64,000 nt of DNA from the NCBI RefSeq assembly GCF_002113885.1, contig NW_018405113.1, forward strand, positions 1,512,732-1,576,731, read 5' to 3'. Of this stretch, positions 52,665-64,000 are shown in pieces. The stretch's first letter is position 1, and each line of letters begins with the position of its first letter. Source of the DNA: Mizuhopecten yessoensis (taxonomy: Eukaryota). Under the pieces are notes generated by a model. That model did not search any database. It saw nothing but the letters and a program-made list of their open reading frames with translations, and was not told the DNA's origin. The position numbers and the translations under genes were made by a program.

Positions 52665-52905
52665 TGGTGGTCGGGTGGTGCAGTGGATAGCGCACTTGCT
52701 TTTCACCAAGCCGGCCGGGGTTCGATTCCCCGATCTGACGTGAAAAGGTTGCGGGTCACCTGCCTGAATACGTGGGTTTTCTCCAGGTACTCCGATTTCC
52801 TCCCACACTAAGACCCCCCGCGCGCTAACATCCGGGCCAACAAGAGTGATTAATATAAGTTAAAATAACTTGTTTCATAATTGTTGTAAAATAAATAAAG
52901 TTTAT
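52665..52905 (+). mobile_element. tRNA-derived SINE with V-domain-like core
   Basis: A box ggtggtgcagtgg, B box ggttcgattcc, core gtgggttttctccaggtactccgatttcctcccaca, and an aataaataaa tail. Confidence 0.8.
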
Positions 52906-54239
52906 TATAATTGAGTTTGAACGTTGAGACGGATTTAAGATTACGGGCCAAGTTCTATGACAATATGATACATTGTAAGCTACTCAATGTATGTTTATAC
53001 TTACTTGCTAACGGCATGGATTGAAGCTAGTCATGATATAATAACATTGATACCTCGTTAGTGTAGACCTCCATATCGGGACATCTCTATTTCCGGACAA
53101 AACTGATTTACTAATATATAAATTTCATTATTGTGGAGTTCACAGGAAACTGATATGATGCCCGTTAACAGGAAGGAAACACTACTGATATATCACCGAG
53201 TTGTAGTCAGGGAACCAGCAGTGTTGTATACACTGTTTTATTGAAAATGTGTTTTATTGATTGTGATTATTTAAACGAATAACATGTATCCGCATTCTGT
53301 TACCCTATTCTTATTTTTATAAAAAGTAATAATGTGTTCGTGTCCAAACTATTTAAATAAATTTACTTTATACCTCTCCCTGTTCGTTGTAAACACAACA
53401 TTATCTTAATCTGATATGAAATTTAAAAAAAAAAACAACAATTTATTGTGGATATTATGCACCGGTCAAATTGATGGTTTTCCTGTATTTCTAGACGACA
53501 TTTTTTTGCGCAAAATGGCAATATTCTGGCTTATTATATATTCAATAATGGTCAGTTTTTCATTCTTTTCAAAGGACACCGCCTTCTTAAAATCCAGTAG
53601 ATAGTAAAGTAAAAAAAAAATGTGTACATCCATAATGACCAAGATCTGCTGGGCTGTTTCATACTGAATCTCTGAATTACATAACGCTAACTAAGAGTTA
53701 GGAATGTATTGTATTACGGTCATGTTTATAAATGTCACGTGTGATTAAATGTCTGTGATTATTTTACCTGTGAAGAATAACATTTTGCTACTTTCATATT
53801 CGTATCACAAGGTGATGGGTAAAATCAAAAATAAGCATTTGCGATATAATTTTAACAGTGTCAAATTTGTTAATTTTGATTATTAAATTGAGATGGCGTT
53901 AATTTATATTGCGTTTGGTTTGTAATTTATTAGCTGTAGTGTTTGCTGGGGTTTCGTTTTATTTCTCCAAGGAAGTGATGTGAAAGGGGAAAACCCGTCT
54001 TTTTCTTGTGGACTCCGTAGCTGGTCATGCTATTATAATCTTCATCAGCGTCATCAAAAGTAAAAAAAAATCAGTTTTTATTGTTTCCATGGATAACTTA
54101 TTGGCAAGGGGTTTAATCCATTGACCCTTTCTGTGCTACAGCAATACTGTTCATTGCACTATGTTATACTACTTCAGTGTATTTCATTTTGATTTCATAC
54201 TTTGTTTATCATAACCTATAACGTACATTGTAGTATTTT

Positions 54240-55050
54240 ATTTAACGCTGAGGGGCGGATCCCAATAGGGGAAATATAGCAAATTCTTTAAAATCCTTCT
54301 TCTTCTGTAGGAATAAAAGGATTTTTTCCACATTTGGTCTGAAGCATTCTTGGGTGAAGGGGAACCAATTTTGTATACACCGTGGATCTGGCCCCCCAGG
54401 TGCCTGAGCTGTGGGGCCCAATAGGGGAAACATAGCAAATTATTCTTTAAAATCCTTCTTCTTCTGTAGGAATGAAAGGATTTGGTCCATATTTGGTGTG
54501 GAGCATCATTGGGTAGTGGGGAACCAATTTTGTATAAACGGTGGGTGTGGCCGCCCTGGGACCTGAGGGGTGGGGCCTAATAGGGGAAATAGACATAAAT
54601 TTTCAAAATCCTTCTTCTTCGGTAGGAATGGCAGGATTTTGTCCATGTTTGATCTGAAGCATTCTTGGGTGAAGGGGAACCAAGTTTGTATAAACGGTGT
54701 GTCTGACCCCGCTGTAGGCATAGAGGTGGGGCCCAATAGCGAAAATAGAGGTAAAATCTTAAAAGTCCTTATTCTACCATAGGGATTAAGGGATTTTATC
54801 CTTTTTTAGTGTGGAGCATCCTTCGGTGACGGTGACTCAATTTTGTATAATTGGTGGGTATGACCCCCGTAGGGGCATAGGGATGGGGCTCTGTTTGAAG
54901 TTTGTTCTCTATATCTCAAGTACTGGATGGATCTTTCTGAAATTTCATATGTACTAACAGCACCTACCATGGAGTGCTATATCTTTACTTCATGCCAATT
55001 ACTTACATTATATTCAGGTGAGCGGTACAGGCCCTCTGGGCCTCTTGTTG
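54240..55050 (+). mobile_element. HINE/Helentron-like element with internal tandem ~155-165-bp units
   Basis: Repeated ggggcccaataggggaaa..aaatccttcttc..gagcat units; terminus caggtgagcggtacaggccctctgggcctcttgtt. Confidence 0.75.
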
Positions 55051-55687
55051 TGTTATGGCTACATAACATAAAAAATATATTCAAGTCAATCCTTATAATT
55101 TAATCTACTATACACAATCCCTGTGGAAATCCACTTTTATCGATGGACTCTTTTCTCTTAGAAAGTATTACGCCGCTGTATCAGCCAATCAAAAGCGACG
55201 TTACAAACGGCGACGTCATTTTTTTTTACGTTATGGGCTGATAACATGAATTGTTAAGCCAATGACAATGCTTGTTACAAGCAAGATTAAATTATATGGA
55301 TATATTATTATAATGCATGGCATTGTATCATTCCGTATTGTCAACTCTCCGATGTGTCTTAAGGCACTAAGAAATAAAGAAACTTAAAGTGTGATTGAAC
55401 GTATCTAAGTGCTCCCTTTATCTATTACTTCATTATATCATACACAATTGGTTATTTACGTTCTTTCATTCATTCAGGCTTACTTATCACTTCCTTGTAA
55501 TTTTTTGCAAATATGATAAAAAAATGTACACATAGCAATATTTCATAGAACTTCATTTCTTTAAAAAGTGTTAGTAAGAATCTAAGGGGAGATAACTTTG
55601 TTATGTTACTTTGTAACAACTGACGGAAAATACCTCCTCCTGCATTTTCGTACTGTAGCTTGTTGGCATAACTACATACCTTTCAAT

Positions 55688-55780
55688 ATGGCTGCCCTTG
55701 AAAAATCATGTACTTTGCTTCTGTTTACGTTGGAGAGTTACCTTACGGCTACTCATGTCATGGTGATAACAAGAACATGC
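55688..55780 (+). pseudogene. Truncated paralogue of gene D first coding exon
   Basis: MAALEKSCTLLLFTLESYLTATHVMVITRT vs MAVFENMCALLLFSMESYHVTSHIMVITRT. Stops at 55795 next to a repeat; no downstream part was found. Confidence 0.75.
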
Positions 55781-55829
55781 AAGAACAAAAACTAAAGATA
55801 AACAAGAAGGCGTCTGCTCTACTGCACCT

Positions 55830-56690
55830 ATATTTGGCTATTTTGCTTTAAGTGACTACTTCTCTGGAACTAAGCGATGGGTATCAACTATACGTTGTTG
55901 GAAGCATCCCTAGATGGTGTGGATTAACAAGTGTACAACTGGACAGACTGGGCCCCCGGGCTAAGGGGTGGGGCCAAAAATAGTTTATTACTTGGAAATG
56001 GTTGAGATCCCCATCCTATAACCATATATACAATTGCTGAGTATGAGAGATGAATGCACATTTGCTTCCAGGATGGCCCTTGGGTCTGGCCCAACCCTTG
56101 GAGACGTAGTCCTTTGGTCATAACTTTGAAACGGTTAAGATTCCTAACCCAAAACTAAATATGCAATTGCTGGGAAAAAATAGGCGAACACAATCATGAT
56201 AGCATTGACCCTGGGGTCTTGCCGTACCCCTAGGGACCTAGTTTCTTAGTCACAATTTGAAAACAATTGAGATCCCCAACCTATAACCATACATGCAATT
56301 GCTGAATATAAGGAGACGAATGTATATATACTTCCAGGATGGCCCCGGGGTCTTTACCCTTAGGTCATAACTTCGAAACGGTTGAGATCGCCACCCCAAA
56401 CCGATATAAACAAGTAATGGGCATGACGAATGCAGTGATGATATTATAATTGACCCTGGGGTTTGGCCACAACCCTAGGGACATACTTTCTGAGTTACAA
56501 CTTAGAAACAGTTCAGATCCCCACCCAAAGACCATACATACCATTGCTGGGCATGACAAATCTTATGCAGATATGCTACAAGGATTGGCCTTGGGGTCTG
56601 GCCATACCTCTGGGATCTGATTTGAAGAACATTTTGCTATGATTGCTTAGATATCCAGGTGAGCGATACAGGCTCTCTAGGCCTCTTGTT
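55830..56690 (+). mobile_element. HINE/Helentron-like element with internal tandem units
   Basis: Repeated gttgagatcccc..aaccat..caattgctg units; terminus caggtgagcgatacaggctctctaggcctcttgtt. Confidence 0.7.
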
Positions 56691-56719
56691 ATAAATGCAG
56701 TACCATAGTGTTTTGTAAA

Positions 56720-56903
56720 AGATATATAGATCCCTATGAAAATGCATGCGTGGGTGCACGTGAGAAGATATATAGATCCGTATGAAAATGCATGCGTGGG
56801 TGCATGTAAGAAGATATATAGATCCCTATGAAAATGCATGCGTGGGTGCATGTAAGAAGATATATAGATCCCTATGAAAATGCATGCGTGGGTGCACGTG
56901 AGA
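56720..56903. repeat. 46-bp tandem repeat x4 (agatatatagatccctatgaaaatgcatgcgtgggtgcatgtaaga)
   Basis: Direct periodicity. Confidence 0.92.
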
Positions 56904-56912
56904 AATGCCGGC

Positions 56913-57249
56913 ATACCATGCGATAGCCTCTGGTTACATATGTATCTGACATGTCAATATATCATGCGATAAACTCTGGTTACATATGTACCTGACATGT
57001 CAATATACCATGCGATAACCTCTGGCTACATATGTACCTGACATGGCAATATACCATGCGATAAACTCTGGTTACATATGTACCTGACATGTCAATATAC
57101 CATGCGATAACCTCTGGTTACATATGTACCCGACATGTTAATATACCATGCGATAAACTCTGGTTACATATGTACCTGACATGTTAATATACCATGCGAT
57201 AACCTCTGGTTACATATGTACCTGACATGTCAATATACCATGCGATAAC
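56913..57249. repeat. 46-bp tandem repeat x ~7 (accatgcgataacctctggttacatatgtacctgacatgtcaatat)
   Basis: Direct periodicity. Confidence 0.92.
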
Positions 57250-57699
57250 TAGTAATTAAATATGCATTATCTTGTAAACAATCATGAATTTTGCTAATAA
57301 CATATAAGTACCTAACTTTTCCACCTAAAACTCAGCCGTGCTTTCAGAGCGCGCACGACAGGGACTTATGGATATTTGGACCTAAACAATGGTGTTCAGA
57401 GTAATTTAACACGTTTTAGGCGTTTGATCAATTTAATGTCCCAATTTAGCTGTAACAAATTCTTAAGTCCAAGTGGTTTGCACGACATAATTAGCTCGTG
57501 TGCACAGCATATGAAATAGCTGTAAGGCAATAGAGTTGTAACGGTAAGTTCTCACGAGTTACTTCCCCTCTGACAACATTGACTAACGAAGTCTGTATAA
57601 TTTAATCGAACCGATATTTTTTGCATATAGTAAGGTAATGACATAAAGTGTAAAATTAAGAAGAAGAAAAAACTAAATTAACGAATTACCGTCAGATAA

Positions 57700-58095
57700 T
57701 TCAGCACTCTGGAAGGACGCGAAAAACAAACACGAAGCGTTATGAAAACTATGAAACATCAGCAACATTAAACAGGAACATTATCAATTCTAGGCCATTA
57801 ATCATCCCAGGATACAAACAGGAAGCATGCAAGAACTCCTTCTTCATCAAAACATCGCTTGAGTGGAACCAACTGGATGATACAGTACTGTGCGCAGAAA
57901 GCGTAGAGGGATTAAGATCAGCCCTTTCAAACAACAGCCAAGATAATTAGTAATTAGTAATTAGTATCACGGACTAATTAGATAACTAATTTCGTGGTAA
58001 CATATTCTCTCTCTCCCGTCGTGTCATGCCATTATTGGTAACTACGACGTATACAATGTAAATACAATGTAAATACAATGTAAATACAGTGTAAA
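57700..58095 (+). mobile_element. CR1/L2-like LINE 3' end
   Basis: Translates KNSFFIKTSLEWNQLDDTVLCAESVEGLRSAL; tail (aatacaatgta)n at ~58050-58093. Confidence 0.7.
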
Positions 58096-59877
58096 CGAAA
58101 TGCTGGGGCACTCATTCATCCAGATACAATTAAAATAGGTATGCGTAATTTAATGTAATTGCAACATGTACGTTCCACTCCATTAGTTAGTGATAGCATC
58201 TAACCTAATTCCGTGGCAGGTGGCGGGGGACCCAGGAATTATTTTGGGTGTTGCCCAAAATTTCAAACTCAGAAAAAGACTCAAAAAAATTAATAAATTA
58301 TAATTGTCATGTCGATTGTACATGTTAACTACTTTCTGGCACCAAATAATATATAGAATTTCATTATTTCTGAGATTGTGACAATTATAATTTCCCTGCC
58401 GAGTAGAGCGAGGCGATTTTTTTTTCTGAAGATGTAATACTAAACTTGTTCAAGCACTGCCAAGCGTAGACAGCTAGAATTTATCGGACATTATTACCAT
58501 TGTCAAACAGATCGAATAAGGCATAGAATAGTTTTCTGAGTTTGCGGTATTATTCCAGGTTATATTTTATAACATAGAGTATTCATATATTATGATGGCC
58601 AAGCGGAGCGAGTGTTAACAAATTCTCTGAAACAATGGTAAAAATCTAGGTTTTTGGTTAAAATGTTGATGTTTGTGTCATGCCGCCTTTCATGTGCATG
58701 TAGTTTAGGCGAGCATTTTGGCAATTAAATATTGATTTATTTTGTCATAAATAGGAATTATGATTTGACTGAAAGTGTATGCATGCATATGTACAAGGAC
58801 AACACCTGTTAAAACGAATATATATATACATGCCAGGCTTTTATGCTAACTGGTTATTATTCACCTGATGACGTGATGCTAAGGTGGATGCTTTATTGTC
58901 ATTGAAATTTTTGAAATTTACATTTTTTAACAGGTATAATAAATCACTCCTGGTGATCATCATGTGTACATGAAACCACAGGTGAAAATACAGGTTTATC
59001 GATCATGAAATGGACTCTACCTTTGAAATAACAATTAACATCTTTGATTCCAACAGATGGTGTTATCCTCTCTCAACAGACAGGGTACCGGCGATCATGC
59101 ATGCCAACACACCGTGACATTAGAACAATACGATTAGGTAGACAGTCCGTTGAGCCTTCACCACTGACCTGACTGGAGACCCTATATATCCCCTATTGTT
59201 TAGAGTATAAGAAGTGGACTCCTTGTTTGGGCAACTGCACCCGGCATATATAGATATTCAAACTGCCATAGAAAATTATAGTTCACAGGATGGTTGATAT
59301 CAGAAGAAAATCCCATATGAAAAAGATGAAAATCTTCAAAACCCTTAGTCCAGATTATTTTTGGACACAGACAAAAAGGGTGTTGCCCGGGCAACACCCC
59401 TGGGTCCGCCACTGCGTGGCGTTATCATTACTGTGTAAATCAGAAAAAAATGCTTGGACAGGTTTTGTCACAAAATCTACCGAAAAGCCCCCTTAATTTG
59501 TCTTCTATAAAAATGTCTGATTAACAATGATAATTGATTATAAAAAACACATCGAACCCCGGGCCTCCAAAATACACCCCAAAATGTCAGGCTGGCTACT
59601 AGCATTAGCTTTGCTCAAGTCCGAGAGAGAAGCTCTAGGACTCATTGCTTTCCTTAGTCTTTCTAGACGTCTCATCCATAAGCGTTTCCGGTGATCTGGT
59701 TTGAAGGTAAAGTGAACAGTTTAATACAGTAGAACAACATTAAGCAATTATTTAGTAACGAAGACAAAGATTGATTGATCGACCTGTCAAACGACATAAA
59801 CAAATCCACGTGCTTCAAAAACCGGAAACAGAGCACTTTCCATCCGGGCATTTTCCAATGTTGTGTAGGAAAACAAC

Positions 59878-62800
59878 ATGGCGGCCGGAGACGACTCTGA
59901 CATTCCAGGTAAGTCTGTGCATGTCGCATTTACCCAGTTAATTACATTAGTGTGCCATTTGGTCATGTTTATCACGTCAGTGGATATACACTTTTTATAT
60001 GAAAAAGATATTTAGAATGAAATTTGCAAAAACTATTGAGAACGGTGCACTAATGTCATTTTCTTCTGCAAAAATTGACATTGGTCAATATTGTGTTTGG
60101 AAAACCGCGGTAACTGATACAAAACAAGCAGTGTCCCCTTCTTCCAGATATGCATCTTGTCAATTACAAGTTTTGAAAAACAAAATATTTAAAGAATTTG
60201 ATGAACTTGATTTTAACATCCCCACATAACCCGAATAGAAAAAAACACTAATTACTTACACCTAGATACTATCCTGTATAGCATAGCTATTTGTACTTCC
60301 ATTTACATCTACATCGTTCGTCGACTCAGCCACACTTGACCATTACGCGATCGCTGACGGCTGTCAATGCGAATATTTTAGATTAATAATAACAACACAT
60401 AGAAACTTGAATGAAGAGTCAACATACTTGTAACCGTCAACCGACAATCATATCATGTTTTACCAATTATTTTCATCTGACAAGTATTTTCTGTCTACTC
60501 TTATCGTATAACCGAGCTCAATACCACATTTGATGGAGCAAGAGGTCAAAAACAGTGGTATATAGTGTCATTCACAAAAACTCAGGTTTACAGAAACTCA
60601 TTCTTTCTGGGCTCGATAGTTAAGGCTGATGAACTGTCTGGTGGAGATTATTGACTACCCGCATCCTTAATAATACATGTATACCAGCAGAATTAAGACG
60701 CAGCAGTTCTAACTATGCTACTGTAATCCCAGAACGCTTGCATTTGAGTACAATTCTACCATGGAAAGACATTCTCTTTTGCTAATTTATTGCTATGCTG
60801 TATTTGTTTATGATTTTTTATTTCTTTATTTCATGATTATTGTTGTTGCCATAGATATATTTGTAACAGGAAGACCATATAGTGTGTCTCCTCTGGTAAT
60901 AAAACCAGTGACCCCAACCTTCCCAATCAATCAATGGTGATCCCAAAATCACTCCCAAAAACTGTTACTATGCATAGAAAACTAGCTTTTCTGGCATGAT
61001 CAAACATATCTGGGAAAAAACCCATACCTTGTGGGACAATTTTGAAAAATAATAGAGATGAAATCGACAACATTTCTTTGAGTGTAAAAAAATCAGTGTA
61101 GCCAGACTAACATTCAAACCCTATATATACCATAATGATATACTGTTGCTTAAACCGACTTAGCTACGCAAATATACCTGGTCAGCGGAAGTGTACTGGC
61201 CCAACTGTGCTACATTCATCTTCAAAATGAAATTAAAGGAAGGTTTAATTTTGCTGTATATTTTGCAAATTTAATTGTACATAGGATTACGGTTGCCTTC
61301 TATAGCTTAATTTGCATTAGAGGGAATTTCCCTTTAGATCAGTGGTAGCTAGCATCCTATACTGGGATAGCTGGTTCCATCCCTGGTGGAAGCACACTTA
61401 CTCTCTTTCCTGTTAGGTACACTAGCTAGAGTGACTACATGAAGGAAGAGCTGGGATCCTTAAAAATAATTTCTTTCAGCTGGTATATACTTACAATGTA
61501 TGTAGCTAGAAGTTAAGGCAACTGTAAAGAAAAAGCAAGAAAAATATGCCCCACTAACCCCTAGCTTTCCCCCATTTTTATGCCCACCGCCATCAAATGG
61601 GGGGGGGGGGCATATATTGTTGCCCTTATCCGTCCCGTCCCATGATCAAAGTGGGATGGGGGCATTCATGTCTTACAGACCTTTTCTAGGTTTTTTTCTA
61701 ACTCCCTGTCACCACAGAGAGGGCAATGGATATAGAAAGAGTATAATGTGCTTCGGATGGAAAATGAACCAGCTTGCAAGTTTGCCACTCTACCGAGTAC
61801 CGGTACCATTCTCAGGGAATTTCCCCATAGGTTGAGGCTTGAATCACTTTGACTGTAATCCTAAATGTACATCCAAAATCTGCCACACATTTAAAGTTTC
61901 ATCATATATATATCTACTCGAAGTGTCTCACACTAAACGAAACACACATCAGTTCAAATATATACTCCAAATGAAGGTTGGAACTTGAATAGATAAAGAA
62001 GACTGTAGCCTATAGCTAAATATGTGCATTCTACTGTCAGGCAGTAAGCCTCTGATACATGTACTGTTAAAATCTGGCTTTTGCACTGGAACATTCTGCT
62101 ACAAAAGAACACAAATTTGAGATTATGTTTTGTTGCTTTTCATAAATGAATAACAAAATTCTGATGGAAAAAATTAAGGTTGGAAGTGGCCAATATACAT
62201 GTATATCTATATGTATTTATAGAAAAAATAAGATTTAAGACCGACTAAAAGACTAGCTGCTTTCACCCTTCACAGGGCTCTTCAGGTTTATTCAAAAGAA
62301 CGACGTCGTGACGCCACAATTACATGTCATCACACTACAATAGTAACGTGACGTCACAAAGTACACAAGATTGGTGGACAATTTAGCGTAAATTTTCATT
62401 GTCAATTGAGGCCAACTTACTTGTTATGCCGTTGTCCAATTCCATCTTGTTGTACCGTAATCAGCGGTCCTTTTGATAGTCAACGTTACCTCGACATGTG
62501 CGTTGTATGATAAAAAGGGATTTATGTATTTATATATAAATAAAACAAAACACGAAGACTAGTATAATCGGCTAGCACTTTCGCCCAAACTTGGGGCTCT
62601 TCAGACGATTTCCTGTATTTATATATATTGGTAATGACGACTTATTTTCGACTTTTGACAGAAATATGTCCAGACACAAAACTGTTGAAGTGGGTTGTAA
62701 AAAAAGAGATACAGTCTTATTTAATTTCTAAAAATACTTTTCGGTCAAAACATTGATTTTCATGATCAAATTTACTTTCAATTAATGTTAAATACAATGT

Positions 62801-64000
62801 AAAATAAAATACTGGGTAAAGAGTTGTTCGAAAGATACCTTAAGCTGTTCTTAAAATAATACAACTGAGCATGAGCAAAAATGAGATTTCCTTTAATTTG
62901 ATATAAGAAAAAGTTTCTTTTCCCCCTAACCTATTCTCCATTTTTGTAGCCCAATAAAGGATACACAGCTATATCTTTGTTTGGCCTCAGAGAAATGTTT
63001 ACTGATAATATCAATGGAAAGCTGATTATATGTAATAGAAGAACATTCGTAATTGTTTGTAATTAAATATAGAAAACAGTAGATTTGGTTTGTATGTATC
63101 GATCATACACACATATATATTGTCTTGGTTAAAATAGATATTAGAGTATAGATGTATTAGATACTGATCATCCGCCTGCTAAGTACAGCAAAACTCAACT
63201 GTTACACTGTATACATAGTACGTAATGTAGAGTATTGATCAGGTAAATAATTCATAGCCACAACATCCATTCTATGTAATTAACAGAAAGTCCATCATTA
63301 TATCAGCAATTTACAGGGCATACCGTCGGTCTATAGTGACCACTTAATTTAAAAAATTCATCAGCATGAAAAATCAATACCTACCAATTGTAGGCAATTC
63401 GCTGGTTATAATATTGATTCAAAAGTAAATTTGTTAAAATTTTATGACGTTTTGACGCATTATGTTACTGTATCATGCAGAATTTCATGATTTTGTTGAC
63501 TTTTATTTAATTTAAGTGGAAGAAACCTATATGTTAATGTTACAAATTACACTGTATGCATATCTGTAAAAATAAACAACATTATTTTCTGTGTTTTTAA
63601 TATCTTTGTAACATTTTTGTACTTTATAGCTTCTCAAAGTACAAAAAATGTATTTCTTTATCAAAACTAATTCTTGTTTTCTTCAGAGACCGGTGCCGTG
63701 TTTACTTTCGGTAAAAGTAGATTTGCAGAAAACAATCCGAGTAAATTCTGGGTGAAAAATGACAAGGTCTTACAAGTGGCATGTGGAGACGAGCATACAG
63801 TTCTTGTTGCAGGTAATGTTGTTGTGGAATTTTTGATGTCATATTTTTTTTTTTATTATTGATCCTAATTGATGAAGACTTTTGGCATGTTGTACATCAA
63901 TAATCACAGCATGTGTCTATGTGTTTTCGTTTTGACAGAGAGTGGACGGGTTTTTACCTTTGGGGTCAATGACTGGGGTCAGTTGGGCATCGGTAACAAC
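59878..64000 (+). CDS. RPGR: X-linked retinitis pigmentosa GTPase regulator homologue (RCC1-like), 5' exons; runs off the window
   Basis: Exons 59878-59908, 63687-63812 and 63939->64000 give [71 protein letters not shown]. This matches the RPGR N-terminus ([29 protein letters not shown]). Confidence 0.92.

Noticed and set aside
52665-52735. tRNA gene
   Set aside because: Continues into a SINE core and A-rich tail and lacks a clean cloverleaf. The same applies to 31780-31857 and 9570-9650.
59860-59875. RFX X-box upstream of ciliary gene RPGR
   Set aside because: gttgtgtaggaaaac is only a poor match to the consensus.
62250-62610. Penelope-like terminal direct repeats (ctttc.ccc...gggctcttcag)
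   Set aside because: Two short similar motifs with no RT or GIY-YIG remnant; too weak to call.

Overview
AT-rich eukaryotic genomic DNA with spliceosomal introns. The Helentron-type (HINE-like) elements, tRNA-derived and V-domain SINEs, and CR1/Tx1 LINE remnants suggest a mollusc, probably a bivalve (inference). The first ~38 kb is a large inverted duplication (arms ~733-14868 and ~21345-38455, spacer ~6.5 kb) of a two-gene module. By hand-splicing short exons the ORF track misses, I reconstruct two close paralogues: gene A (+, ~972 aa) and gene B (-, ~942 aa). Both have a signal peptide, an acidic pro-piece, a furin site RRKR and then a cationic amphipathic segment starting GIFG/GLFG. These are followed by coiled coils around a very basic region and a Gly-rich hydrophobic helix, two ~200-aa Cys-containing repeat domains I do not recognise, and a hydrophobic GPI/TM-like tail. 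A distant paralogue, gene C (-, ~746 aa), has one such domain and no detectable pro-piece or amphipathic exons; it lies upstream of B, and a pseudogenised C fragment lies upstream of A. This looks like an undescribed protease-activated, membrane-active protein family (pore-former, fusogen or antimicrobial; function is inference). The rest of the window holds a 2-exon ~185-aa orphan membrane protein gene with a truncated paralogue, many repeats, and the first three coding exons of RPGR.
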